Source: Patescibacteria group bacterium (lineage in GTDB: Bacteria; Patescibacteriota; Saccharimonadia; UBA4664). Taken from it: a stretch of 64,000 bases of DNA. The stretch covers positions 8,047 to 72,046 of the forward strand of contig JAQGHG010000019.1 of NCBI GenBank assembly GCA_028288925.1, given 5' to 3'. This document shows, piece after piece, positions 1 to 9,598 of the stretch; position 1 is the stretch's first letter; each line of letters opens with the position of its first letter. The notes beneath the pieces were generated by a model. It saw only the letters and a program-made list of their open reading frames with translations. It was not told the DNA's origin and made no database searches. The position numbers and the translations under genes were made by a program.

Positions 1-41
1 ATTCCTTACCTGCACAATGTTTGAACTCCATTAACAATATA

Positions 42-80
42 CCCCTAAACAATTTAGGGGTCAATACTTTTTATGGTTTT
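42..80 (+). terminator. Rho-independent terminator for an upstream plus-strand gene outside the window
   Basis: Perfect 8-bp stem CCCCTAAA/TTTAGGGG with a 3-nt loop, followed by the T-rich tract tcaatactttttatggtttt. Confidence 0.55.
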
Positions 81-376
81 CTTTCCCGGTGAGCTCAAAA
101 GTCCCCTCCCCTATCTGTAGATCACCCGTCGTGGGGCATCAAAAAAGACCCACAAGGGGTCTCAAAACTCATCTTACTGGCATCAATTGTTTCTGCCCGC
201 GTCATTTCCGCAGAAGTTATCCCCAAGTTCTGCACACCCCGGAGGCCTCCAACACCGAACACTCAGTAACGCTTATGTCATAAGCATTTGACAGATGTTC
301 GGTATGAAGCAATAGCACTATCACATAGAAACCCGCCGGCATACATTGTACGACGTCGCCGTCTCACGCTACCGGT

Positions 377-736
377 CTAGGGGAAGAGCAGCATCTTCAC
401 CGAGACGGCCAAAGTCGCCAAGCCGAATATCCGCGTCAGCGTCTCGTTCGAAAAATGCGAGCTCATGCTCGCCCCAAAAAATCCGCCAACGAAAAATCCC
501 ACCGCGATGAACATCGCTGCCTTCACGCTGACATTTCCCTGCCGGTAATACAAAAACGCGGCCGCCAAACCAATCGGCGGCAACATTACGGCCAGGGTAG
601 TGCCCTGGGCCATCTTCTGGCTAAATCCAAAGATATAGATCAGCAGCGGAATCAAGAAGATCCCGCCCGCTATACCGATCAGGCCTGCCAAAGTCCCGCA
701 AGCCAGACCCACCACAATAAACAACACAGAGACCAT
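377..736 (-). CDS. TauE/SafE (DUF81)-like small membrane protein, half-size; the start is uncertain (778 or 736)
   Basis: Multi-pass hydrophobic ORF with Gly-rich TM helices typical of DUF81 sulfite-exporter family proteins. It is only about 120-133 aa, so it covers a single repeat of that family. The upstream ATG at 778 lies inside the tRNA terminator hairpin. Confidence 0.45.
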   Translation of the reverse strand: MVSVLFIVVGLACGTLAGLIGIAGGIFLIPLLIYIFGFSQKMAQGTTLAVMLPPIGLAAAFLYYRQGNVSVKAAMFIAVGFFVGGFFGASMSSHFSNETLTRIFGLATLAVSVKMLLFP

Positions 737-765
737 TATTTCTATGATAATGTATTTCCTCCAAT

Positions 766-800
766 GAAAAAAGCTCACAGCAATGTCTGTGAGCTTTTTT
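766..800. terminator. Hairpin terminator immediately 3' of tRNA-Pro(CGG), with A and T runs on both sides
   Basis: Stem GCTCACAG/CTGTGAGC (773-780 and 787-794) flanked by aaaaaaa on one side and tttttt on the other. Confidence 0.6.
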
Positions 801-803
801 CAT

Positions 804-880
804 TGGTCGGGGTGAGAGGACTTGAACCTCCGGCCTCAGCGTTCCGAACACTGCGCGCTACCAGCTGCGCCACACCCCGA
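804..880 (-). tRNA. tRNA-Pro, anticodon CGG, with genomically encoded CCA
   Basis: The reverse complement reads CGGGGTGTGGCGCAGCTGGTAGCGCGCAGTGTTCGGAACGCTGAGGCCGGAGGTTCAAGTCCTCTCACCCCGACCA. It has a 7-bp acceptor stem, a D-arm (GCGC/AGCTGGTA/GCGC), an anticodon stem CAGTG/CGCTG with loop TTCGGAA, and a T-arm with GTTCAAGT. Confidence 0.9.
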
Positions 881-931
881 TATCTAGCGATTTAAGAACC
901 AGGCTATAATACCGCAAACCAAGCGGCTTTG

Positions 932-1864
932 CTAGTCTGGAAGAGCCTCTAGCTGCGCGCCCTCTAGCTCTATCCGCATGAGATCCAATACGTGAGTGGC
1001 GTATTCCTTGAGCCAAGCCAGCTCAGCCACAAACAAGTTCGAGCTGGCCAACCGGCGCTCAAACTCATCCACCCGGCCACGCTGCTGAGCTACATCATAC
1101 TCCGGCAGCACCTGCACTTCCTGATATCCGTCCGAAAACGTATATCCCAATGCTCTCAGCGTCTGAAAGTGCATAGTCCGCAATTCAGAGATAATCACCG
1201 ACTCCACCGTACCGAAGATCAGATCACGCACCGCGGTAGGCACCAGCACGCCGTTGGCGGGGATCGACGGCTCCATTGAATCCGTCAGGGATCGTTCCAG
1301 CCGGTCAAACTCCAAAACCTGCATCGACCGGATCCCCACATCAAGCTGCTGCAAAATATTCCCAAACAATGGGCTCGTCACAAAGCTACCCACTACAAAC
1401 TGAGGCTCCAAGATATAGGGCGGGCGAAGCTCCAAATCATAACCATTCGCCACCTCGGCCTCTATGTGCACGCGCGAGGCCTCCGTATCGGCGGCGACAT
1501 ACAGCGCCAGGTTGCTACGACCGCCCATGTACCGCAGCGGTGCCCCTGTCACCTGCTTCTGCGCCCGGTCGATATAAGCGGTCGTAAACACCCCATACCC
1601 CAGGTGAAGGTTAGCCGGCACCGCGCAGACCATCAGGCTACCGGGCTCGCCCATGCCGTTACCCGCCGCCTGTAGCCGGCCCATCTCCTGGCGGGCTTCT
1701 ACCAGGTTCATCGACAATATCGGTTTGCCCTCGATAAATCTCAGGCCCTCATCGCGCAGCGAAGCCGTCTCGGTGGCATTATGGGTGCCGTGCAGAGCAA
1801 ACCGCAGCCGCGACAGCGTCTGGTCGCCAAAGCTAGATTTGAGTTCTAAGTGGGATCCGGGCAT
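932..1864 (-). CDS. Hypothetical protein (310 aa), last gene of the helicase-nuclease/SprT-like operon
   Basis: Long ORF with GC-rich third codon positions like its neighbours. Its start lies 1 nt after the upstream stop codon. I recognise no domain. Confidence 0.6.
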   Translation of the reverse strand: MPGSHLELKSSFGDQTLSRLRFALHGTHNATETASLRDEGLRFIEGKPILSMNLVEARQEMGRLQAAGNGMGEPGSLMVCAVPANLHLGYGVFTTAYIDRAQKQVTGAPLRYMGGRSNLALYVAADTEASRVHIEAEVANGYDLELRPPYILEPQFVVGSFVTSPLFGNILQQLDVGIRSMQVLEFDRLERSLTDSMEPSIPANGVLVPTAVRDLIFGTVESVIISELRTMHFQTLRALGYTFSDGYQEVQVLPEYDVAQQRGRVDEFERRLASSNLFVAELAWLKEYATHVLDLMRIELEGAQLEALPD

Positions 1865-1865
1865 A

Positions 1866-2351
1866 TCAATCTCCTATATACCAAAAAGGCTTTGGTATCT
1901 TCATCTTAACAGCCGCCGGCCGCGCATTACGAGCCCGGGGAGGAAACTCCCGCGCCAACACCTCGTGCCAGTTGGCCTTGAGCCAACGCTTCTGCTGCGA
2001 ATACAATTCCAGCAAACCCCGCTCCGCGAACTCGCGTCGCATCACACCACCGGCATGCGGATGAGCCTGAGCCTGGGCCAGCGGCGAATTAAAGCCGTGC
2101 GCGTAATGCGTAAGCTCGTGCACGATCGTCGCCTCAATCACAAACTCGGGTATCTCTGGGCTCTTGAAGATACTATTGATGGTAATGATGCTCGTGTGGC
2201 GGTCATTTGGATCCAGGCCGATCGAACCCAGGCGCCGCTTTGCCCGCCGCCCAAACACCATCCGCACGTCATTCTCCTGCGGCACATCAGTAAAGTAATT
2301 ATCCCAAATCTTGTCGAGCACTTGCTGCAACCAAGCTTCGTCGCGCTTCAT
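1866..2351 (-). CDS. SprT-like / DUF45-type zinc metallopeptidase (HExxH)
   Basis: Contains the motif VHELTHYAHGF (HExxH). The start ATG at 2349-2351 overlaps the UvrD-like gene's TGA stop (an ATGA overlap), indicating translational coupling. Confidence 0.65.
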   Translation of the reverse strand: MKRDEAWLQQVLDKIWDNYFTDVPQENDVRMVFGRRAKRRLGSIGLDPNDRHTSIITINSIFKSPEIPEFVIEATIVHELTHYAHGFNSPLAQAQAHPHAGGVMRREFAERGLLELYSQQKRWLKANWHEVLAREFPPRARNARPAAVKMKIPKPFWYIGD

Positions 2352-5245
2352 ACCGTCTCCTCCGCTTCGGCCAAAGCCAGCTCGGCCAGCTCGTCGGCCT
2401 CGCCGGTGCCGTAATACCGAATCGCCGCGCAAGTATGCATCGGCGACGGATTGGGCGCGAACTCCCGGTTCCGAATCTTCGCCGCCAAGCTCACCAGCTT
2501 GTCGCGGTGATTCTGCAAGATCTTTGGCGAAAGCTCGGCCACGCCCTCCACGCCCGTCACTACGTAGTCGAGCACGACCTGCGCCGGCGCCTTACCGTTG
2601 AGCGCCTCATACGCCAAGGCATACGTGCGCAGCTGCAAGTTCACCTTGGCTTCCTTGGCCAGCTTCTCGGGGTCAGTCTTGGTACGCCCCGTCTTAAAGT
2701 CGCGCAGCTCCACCCCGCCGGCCACCTCAAAAAACGCGTCGATCTTGCCCCGCAGCCGTAGCTTAGCCTCCGGCACCTCAAACCGCACCGGCACCTCGGT
2801 ACCCAGAATCCGGCGCGGCGCCCCCGGCTCGCGCTGCAAAAAGACCTCGAGCGTGGCATGTGCCAGCGCCCGGTCCGCTTCGGCCAGCTCCCGCCGGGCG
2901 TAGCCACGGTCGCTCCACAGCTCATCCAGCAACGTGTGGAGTTCTCCGGCCGGCCGCACGCTATCCGCCAACCGCGCCCGGTAGTAACTCTCGAAGACTT
3001 TATGTAGCGCGTTCCCGAAGGCCAATTGCGGCCCCAAGGGTTGTTTAATCTGCAACACATTCGTCATATAGAATTCAAATGGACAATATTCATAGCTACT
3101 CAGACTCGTCACGCCCAGCTCCAACCACCCGTCGCTTGTCTCGAACGGCAGCTTCGCGTCGGCCAAGGCTCCCTCCATGGGGTAAAAGCGTTGTAGTTTG
3201 CTCATCACTCTTTCAATTCTGTCAGCCACCATACCTACCGCCTCGTGCCCATCCGCCTCAGCGCCAAACAATTCAGCCACAAACGGGCTCACCGCCTGCT
3301 TGACGCCGCCGGCTGTTCGCGTCGGTGCGCTCACCACCAGGCTGCTGCGGGCCCGCGTCGCCGCTACGTACATCAGCCGGCGGAATTCGTGCTCGGGCGC
3401 CAGTTCCAGGCCGCCGCGCAAGGCCTCCGGCACCTGGCGCCCCAAACCTCGCCCGCCCGACCAGCTGCGCTGCGTGCAACCGATCACGTACACCGCCTCA
3501 AACTCCAAGCCCTTGGAGGCATGCACCGTCAGCAACTGCACACCCTCCGCGTCGCCCACCGCTTCGGTCACTTCCAGCGCCGGCGGCATCGGAAACGCCT
3601 TGCTATACTCGGCCAAGGCCGGATTGACCGCCATAGTCTCGAAGTCCTGCATCTGGTCAAACCACCGCTGCAAATCCTCAAACACCCGCACCATCCGTGG
3701 GCTCTCCTCGGCTTGCTCACGCCAGGCGTCGGCCCGACCGGTCTCAAACACCAGCCGGAAGGCCAGCTGGCTCACCGGGAGATCCCGCGCCCACTCCCGC
3801 CAGGCGTCCAGCCGCGCCACCAGAGCCCGGCCGGATTCGCTCTCATCAGCCCGCAAAGCCGCTTCTACGCTCACCATCTGCTCACGACTCACCTCTAGCA
3901 ACCGCCGGTACTCCTCGGCGCTCCAGCCCACAAACGGCCCCATGATCACGTGCCCTACCGCTTCCTCATCCGCCCACATCGCCAACCACTTCATCAAGTA
4001 CCACAGGCCTATCAACTCCGGTTGTTCAAAGATATTCACCGTCGTAGACAGCGCGAATGGCACCTGCCGGGTACGCATCGCCTTGGCCAAGGCCCTCAGC
4101 GGCGCGTGCGTCGCCGCCAGCACCGCCATACTCGCCGGCGCCTCGCCCGCCTCCAGCCGCGCCGCTACCGCCGCCAGCACACCTTCCTGCTCGTCGGTAG
4201 CCGTCCGGTACGGCACATACTCCGCCGTACTTTCGTTGTGTTGGGCGATCAAGCGCTTATCAATGCCCAGCTTCGACTCCAGCCGCTCCGGATCATTGTG
4301 CCGGATCAGCCGGTACGAGGCGTCAAGAATGGCTTGTCCCGAGCGGTAGTTCCGCACCAGCACCGCCGGCTTACCCAGCGCGAAATGATCAGCGAAAGCC
4401 AAAATATTGCCAATCTCTGCCCCCCGAAACCCATAGATCGCCTGGTCATCATCGCCTACCGCGAACAAATTTCCCTCGCGCCCAATAAACGTCCGCAACA
4501 ACGCGTCCTGCACCGCGTTCGTATCCTGATATTCATCCACCAGCACATACTTATACTCCGCCGCCAAGCGCTGTGCCACATTGGGCCGCTCCTGCAGAAT
4601 CTTCAGCGGCAATTGCAACTGATCGTTGTAATCAAAGGTCCCCGTCTCAGCCTTAAGATCTTCGTAAAGCCGGTAAAACTGAACCAGATCCGCCTGCTCA
4701 TCCACATCCCGTGGATGCATCTCTCCCGGATCCTGGCGCAGACCCTCCACGTATTCCTCGTACCGGCCCACGCTCACCCCGGCATTCTGCAAACTCCCAA
4801 CGTAGCCTACAATCCCTTCCAAAAATTCGAATAAATCCGCCTGCGCACCATAATACTTCAGCTCAATCCGGCCCACGTGTTGTTGCAGAAGCAACGCTTT
4901 TTGAGTGTCGTTGAGCAAACCACCACGAATCGACCGTCCAATGTGACTAGCAAACCGCCCCAACAACTCCGCCCCAAAGGCATGGAACGTCATCACCGGC
5001 ACCTGAAACGATTCCCACCCGATCAGTCCGTACAGCCGGTCCTGCATCTCCCGCGCGGCTTTTTCGGTAAAGGTTAGCGCCAGCACCTGCGTCGGCTTGG
5101 CCTTGCCCCGCGCGATCAAATGCGCGATGCGCCGGGTGATCACCTGCGTTTTACCCGTACCGGCCCCGGCCACCACCAAAAGCGGCCCGTCGGTATGTTC
5201 CACCGCCGTCCGCTGTTCCGGATTTAAACCTTCTAGAATATTCAT
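2348..5245 (-). CDS. UvrD/PcrA-family SF1 helicase fused to a C-terminal PD-(D/E)XK (RecB/Cas4-like) nuclease domain
   Basis: Walker A motif GAGTGKTQV and UvrD helicase motifs throughout the N-terminal roughly 650 aa. The C-terminal region has the CPFEFY motif and a D...ELxDFK...QLxxY nuclease core (roughly nt 2348-3145). Confidence 0.9.
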   Translation of the reverse strand: MNILEGLNPEQRTAVEHTDGPLLVVAGAGTGKTQVITRRIAHLIARGKAKPTQVLALTFTEKAAREMQDRLYGLIGWESFQVPVMTFHAFGAELLGRFASHIGRSIRGGLLNDTQKALLLQQHVGRIELKYYGAQADLFEFLEGIVGYVGSLQNAGVSVGRYEEYVEGLRQDPGEMHPRDVDEQADLVQFYRLYEDLKAETGTFDYNDQLQLPLKILQERPNVAQRLAAEYKYVLVDEYQDTNAVQDALLRTFIGREGNLFAVGDDDQAIYGFRGAEIGNILAFADHFALGKPAVLVRNYRSGQAILDASYRLIRHNDPERLESKLGIDKRLIAQHNESTAEYVPYRTATDEQEGVLAAVAARLEAGEAPASMAVLAATHAPLRALAKAMRTRQVPFALSTTVNIFEQPELIGLWYLMKWLAMWADEEAVGHVIMGPFVGWSAEEYRRLLEVSREQMVSVEAALRADESESGRALVARLDAWREWARDLPVSQLAFRLVFETGRADAWREQAEESPRMVRVFEDLQRWFDQMQDFETMAVNPALAEYSKAFPMPPALEVTEAVGDAEGVQLLTVHASKGLEFEAVYVIGCTQRSWSGGRGLGRQVPEALRGGLELAPEHEFRRLMYVAATRARSSLVVSAPTRTAGGVKQAVSPFVAELFGAEADGHEAVGMVADRIERVMSKLQRFYPMEGALADAKLPFETSDGWLELGVTSLSSYEYCPFEFYMTNVLQIKQPLGPQLAFGNALHKVFESYYRARLADSVRPAGELHTLLDELWSDRGYARRELAEADRALAHATLEVFLQREPGAPRRILGTEVPVRFEVPEAKLRLRGKIDAFFEVAGGVELRDFKTGRTKTDPEKLAKEAKVNLQLRTYALAYEALNGKAPAQVVLDYVVTGVEGVAELSPKILQNHRDKLVSLAAKIRNREFAPNPSPMHTCAAIRYYGTGEADELAELALAEAEETV

Positions 5246-5309
5246 ATGATTATTCTATCAGGTAACATCTATAGACATTCGAGAAAAATGCTATAATTAA
5301 GCATAAGAG

Positions 5310-7367
5310 GTGCAAAGAGTGTCTGATCTGATTACGCGCACAGCCAGACTCGTTCCCTATACTAAACGCCCGAAGCAAGTCGCCAGCTTCGTGACGGCCT
5401 ATTCGTATGAGCCCCAGCCCAACGAACCAGGTGCTCCACTCGGCAGCTTATACGTGGTGCTCGAGGTCCTAATCTCCGGCCGCGCCAGCGAGGAAGTATC
5501 CGACCTGGTCATCGAAACCATCGGCAATCACTACTACAACGAGCCACCGGCCGGCACCGAACCGCTTGAGCGCTTCGAAAGCGCCGTCAAGGCCGTCAAC
5601 CACGAGCTCACCGAGCACGTCAATCGTGGCAACGCCGCCTGGATCGGCAAGCTCAGCGCCGTCGTCGCCATCCAGGCCGGCGATGAAGTCCATGTAGCCG
5701 CCACCGGTTCCGCCGAGGCTTACCTCTACCGTGGCAAATCCGCCAGCCACATCACCGGCGGCAGCGACACCAGCCGCCCGACCACCCCCAGCAAAACCTT
5801 CGGCTCCATCGCCACCGGCCAACTCGAAGCCGGCGACCGCCTCTTGCTCGCCACACCCGCCCTCATCCACCAGGTGCCATTGGAAAAACTCCAAAGCGTC
5901 ATCGGGCAGACCGGCCCCAACACCGCCATCGCCGAGCTCACCGAGCTCATGCACGGCGCGGCCACCGACCGCATCGCCGCCTTCGTTATCGAAATCACCA
6001 CCCCCGAGCTGGCCGCGCTGCAAGTCCGCTCCGAGCAACCCAATGAGATCCGCCTCGGCTCCCCCGAAAACGCCCTCGAAGCCGCCAAATTAGCCGCCGC
6101 CCCCATCGCCAAAACCACCGTGGCCTCGGGCAAAAAAGTTGCCGAGGCCGCCGGCACCGAATGGAAGCGCGCCAAACCCCGCCTTCGCACCCTCGGACTC
6201 ACGCTGGCCGGCAAAGCTCGCCAGGCGCTCAGCACCACCGGTGGCCGGCGCAAAGCCCTCATCGCGCTCGGCGTCATCGTAGTCATACTTATCGTGCTTG
6301 TCTGGCGCCATCAGACCTCCGTGGCATCAAACCAATACTTCGCCAAGTACCAGGAAGCCTACGCCGGTTACACTCGCAGCCAAACCCTTGCCTCTACCGG
6401 TCAAAAAGACCAAGCCGGCACGCTCCTACAATCAATCCAGACCCAGCTCACCAAACTCGCCCCCCACGAGTCCGTCATCAACAAGAAACTCGGCGACTCT
6501 CCCCTGCTTCAGGGCGAGCCCCGCACCATGAAGGAATTCACCTCCTTGGTCACCAATGGCGTCGACGAAATTCAAGGGCTCATTAGAGTAAATTATACAA
6601 CAGTTGCTACCCTCCCAGCCAAGGATACCCGTCCAGAGCATTTCGAAATAGCCGGTGGCAAAGCCTATATCTTTGATATCGCACACAAGAACGCCCTGTC
6701 TATCGTTACCCTGGCATCGGGCAATATTAAGACCTCAAGCATAGACGCGGACAAATTAGGTGCTGTAATAAACACTACGTTATCCGCCGCGAACGACGGA
6801 ATCTACATCGTCACCAACCAGCCCTCCGTCTGGTTTTACCGGTTCGACACCGACACCCTCAAGGAACAGCCCGTCGCCTACGGCCAATGGCCCGCAGCCA
6901 CCGCCGTCGCCTCATACCTCACCAATCTCTATCTGCTCAGCGAAGGAACCATCTACAAGCATGTCAAAAACGCCACCGGCTTCTCGCCCAAGACCACCTA
7001 TTTCCTGCCCGACGCCAATTCCAAAGCGGCCACGGCCCTAGCCGTCGATGGGTCGATCTATCTAGCCTCGCCCAGCGGCCTCCACCGCTATGTCGCCGGC
7101 ACGTTCAAACAATCCGCCACACTCCCCCAGTCCATCGCCAGGATCAAAAACCTGCGCTCCACCGACGACGGCACCCTGCTCATCGGCACCGATCCCGCGT
7201 CCAAGCGCGTCGGCCTCTGGACCGCCAGCGACACCAAGCTAGCCTTCAGCAAACAAATCGCCCCCAACGGCCTCAAGTCACTCTATGATTCCACCTACGA
7301 TGCCAAGACCGGCCAAATCTACGCCGTCGCCGACGGCCGCCTCATCCGCTTCGGGCTACAGCGCTAA
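5310..7367 (+). CDS. Membrane protein with an N-terminal PP2C/SpoIIE-like (probably catalytically degenerate) domain, a Pro/Ala-rich linker, one TM helix and a large extracytoplasmic C-terminal domain
   Basis: The N-terminus resembles the PP2C core (…VVAIQAGDEVHVAATGSAEAYLYRGK…), but the metal-binding Asp residues are replaced. There is a TM segment LIALGVIVVILIVLVW, and the C-terminus is beta-rich. Confidence 0.6.
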   Translation: MQRVSDLITRTARLVPYTKRPKQVASFVTAYSYEPQPNEPGAPLGSLYVVLEVLISGRASEEVSDLVIETIGNHYYNEPPAGTEPLERFESAVKAVNHELTEHVNRGNAAWIGKLSAVVAIQAGDEVHVAATGSAEAYLYRGKSASHITGGSDTSRPTTPSKTFGSIATGQLEAGDRLLLATPALIHQVPLEKLQSVIGQTGPNTAIAELTELMHGAATDRIAAFVIEITTPELAALQVRSEQPNEIRLGSPENALEAAKLAAAPIAKTTVASGKKVAEAAGTEWKRAKPRLRTLGLTLAGKARQALSTTGGRRKALIALGVIVVILIVLVWRHQTSVASNQYFAKYQEAYAGYTRSQTLASTGQKDQAGTLLQSIQTQLTKLAPHESVINKKLGDSPLLQGEPRTMKEFTSLVTNGVDEIQGLIRVNYTTVATLPAKDTRPEHFEIAGGKAYIFDIAHKNALSIVTLASGNIKTSSIDADKLGAVINTTLSAANDGIYIVTNQPSVWFYRFDTDTLKEQPVAYGQWPAATAVASYLTNLYLLSEGTIYKHVKNATGFSPKTTYFLPDANSKAATALAVDGSIYLASPSGLHRYVAGTFKQSATLPQSIARIKNLRSTDDGTLLIGTDPASKRVGLWTASDTKLAFSKQIAPNGLKSLYDSTYDAKTGQIYAVADGRLIRFGLQR

Positions 7368-7371
7368 ATTC

Positions 7372-9108
7372 TTACAGCCGGTCGGGCGCGGCCACTCCCA
7401 GCAGCTCCAAGCCGTCCTTGAGTACGTCGGCATACACCCCCACCAGCCGCAACCGCACCGCCTGCCGTTCGTCACCGATTACCCGGTTGTGTTCATAAAA
7501 CCGGTTAAAAGCCTGCGCCAGTTCATACAGATACGTCGCCACATGATGCGGCATCAAGTCACTCACGGCCTTCGAGATGACATCCGGATACTCAATCAAT
7601 TTACGTGCCAACACCCGCTCGCCCACACCCAGCTCATCCAGCTTGGCCGCCGGCTTGTCATCCGTCTTAGCCATAACGCTCCGCGCCCGCGCGTGAGCAT
7701 ATTGCAAATACGGACCACTGTTGCCATCCAAGCTCACCGACTCCTCGGGCACAAACACGATATCCGACCCTATGCGATGCTTTAAGAACGCATACTTCAC
7801 CGCCCCTAGCACTACCTTCTCATCGGCCGATCCGGTCGCCTGCTTATTTGCTTGTGCCACCAGATCGAGCACATCGCCCGCCCGCAGGATATTACCCTTA
7901 CGCGAGCTCATCTTCACCCCGCCGGCCAGCTTCACATTGCCATGAGTAATGTGCGTGCTCTTGGCCACCAGCTCCGGATTAAATTGCTCGATGCTCTTGA
8001 GCACTACTTTCATGTATTCCAAAATATCGTTGCCGGTAATCACAATCGAACGGTCGAACCGATAGTCCTGCCACTTCGTCAAAATCAGACCAACATCCTT
8101 GGCCTCGTAAGTAGGCAACCCATTGGAGTTAATAAACACCCGCGTGTGCAGCCCATACGGCTCACCCCGAAACACCACCGCGCCGTCGCTCTCCTCATAC
8201 ACACCCCGCTTCAACTGCTCGCGCACGGTATCAAGACCCAGCTGAGTAGTCTCACTCTCCGGATAATATTTCTCGAAACGCGTACCAATCCGGGCATAAA
8301 AAGCATCAAAATGATCATAACTCCACTGCCGGCACGTCCAGTAAATCTTGGCCAGATTCGATTCATGGTCATTCCGCGCGTGAATCTCGTACACCCGTTT
8401 ATTTAGCGCGATGATCTCGGCCTTAGCCACTTCGTCATCCTCGTAAGCTCGAGTGCCTTCGATATAACACCGCGTCATCCACTCCGAACGATCGGCTTCC
8501 GCGATATTCGCCAAGCCTTCCGGCTGCTCTCCACCCAGCTCGCGCAAGATCGCCCACAGCGTCCTGCCCACATGCAGGCCCACGTCGCCGCCGAAGTTCA
8601 CGTCGTGCACGTTCCCGCCGGCCGCCTGGACCAGCCGCGAGATCGCGTCACCCACCACACTCGTATAAAGGTGCCCGACGTGCAACACCTTAAATGGGTT
8701 CGGGTCAGAATATTCCACCACTACCTCTTGCCCGGCGTATATCGCCGGTTTGCTCGTCGGGGCGGCTATCGCCAGCTCACCGATCCTAGCATCGCTCAGG
8801 GTAATATTAATAAACCCCGGTCCGGCCACCTCTACCTTCTCGAAGCCTTTCGAGCCGCGCAGCGCATCGGCCAACTCCCCGGCCACCTCCCGCGGCGGCC
8901 GTTTCATGTCCTTGGCATACACCATCGCCGCGTTGGTCGCGACATCGCCAAACCTGGCATCGGCGGCATAGCCCACCTCAAAACGGCCCAAATCCGTAAT
9001 GTCGTCAAATGTCTGGGCGATTACCTTGGCAATCTGCTGTTTGATTTCTGGTAGCATCATTTCCGCCCGATTATACCAGGAGTGTACCCCGCAAGCGAAT
9101 CGGGGCAT
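7372..9108 (-). CDS. argS: Arginine--tRNA ligase
   Basis: Class I aminoacyl-tRNA synthetase HVGH motif, KMSSRKG (KMSKS), and ArgRS N-terminal and anticodon-binding regions. Confidence 0.95.
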   Translation of the reverse strand: MPRFACGVHSWYNRAEMMLPEIKQQIAKVIAQTFDDITDLGRFEVGYAADARFGDVATNAAMVYAKDMKRPPREVAGELADALRGSKGFEKVEVAGPGFINITLSDARIGELAIAAPTSKPAIYAGQEVVVEYSDPNPFKVLHVGHLYTSVVGDAISRLVQAAGGNVHDVNFGGDVGLHVGRTLWAILRELGGEQPEGLANIAEADRSEWMTRCYIEGTRAYEDDEVAKAEIIALNKRVYEIHARNDHESNLAKIYWTCRQWSYDHFDAFYARIGTRFEKYYPESETTQLGLDTVREQLKRGVYEESDGAVVFRGEPYGLHTRVFINSNGLPTYEAKDVGLILTKWQDYRFDRSIVITGNDILEYMKVVLKSIEQFNPELVAKSTHITHGNVKLAGGVKMSSRKGNILRAGDVLDLVAQANKQATGSADEKVVLGAVKYAFLKHRIGSDIVFVPEESVSLDGNSGPYLQYAHARARSVMAKTDDKPAAKLDELGVGERVLARKLIEYPDVISKAVSDLMPHHVATYLYELAQAFNRFYEHNRVIGDERQAVRLRLVGVYADVLKDGLELLGVAAPDRL

Positions 9109-9212
9109 ACGACAGCCGAATTATTACGGTTATTGACAACAAAAGGGAAGGACCTATCATTAATCTACCCCATGACCAGCCGGGCCATGCGGCAAAACCG
9201 GAAGGACTAGCA

Positions 9213-9494
9213 ATGGCCAAGCAGCCCCCGCCTCCACCTACCGAATACCATATCCAGGTCTCCTGGTTCGGGCGGGAGATAAAACGCACGTTCTATGCGA
9301 CCGGTATCTGGGGAGCCCTATCCTGCCCGGTGATCCTCGTGGCGACCGGCCTGAGCATCATCCTGGCCGTCCTCGGGTTCATCGTCTTCGGCCCCCAGTT
9401 CGGCATATACTGCGCGCTCCTCTCAGCGATCGCGATAGCAATCCTCATCGTGAGGCTAATCCGTCGGCGAACGCGCAACCACCCTCGCCGATAA
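9213..9494 (+). CDS. Small two-TM membrane protein (hypothetical)
   Basis: 93-aa ORF with two hydrophobic helices and an Arg-rich tail. No homology recognised. Confidence 0.35.
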   Translation: MAKQPPPPPTEYHIQVSWFGREIKRTFYATGIWGALSCPVILVATGLSIILAVLGFIVFGPQFGIYCALLSAIAIAILIVRLIRRRTRNHPRR

Positions 9495-9598
9495 TCCCGG
9501 GGACCAGCCCCGGCCTTCGCGCCCCTACTATTGGCCCCGCCGGCAGCTTTCGAGCAGCCGGCGGGGTCTTCCCTTTTTCTTTCCTATATAATGTATCC

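Noticed and set aside
89-283. 64-aa ORF at the window start
   Set aside because: Its composition is not protein-like, it has no RBS, and the region looks like a 5'/3' UTR with hairpins. I could not match it to SRP RNA or 6S RNA motifs either.
3198-4349. Long plus-strand ORFs (3198-4349, 3245-3898, 3950-4834) inside the UvrD-like gene
   Set aside because: They are antisense to a strongly conserved helicase and their translations are Arg/Pro/Ala/Ser-rich low-complexity sequence. Such ORFs are the expected artefact of a high-GC coding strand.
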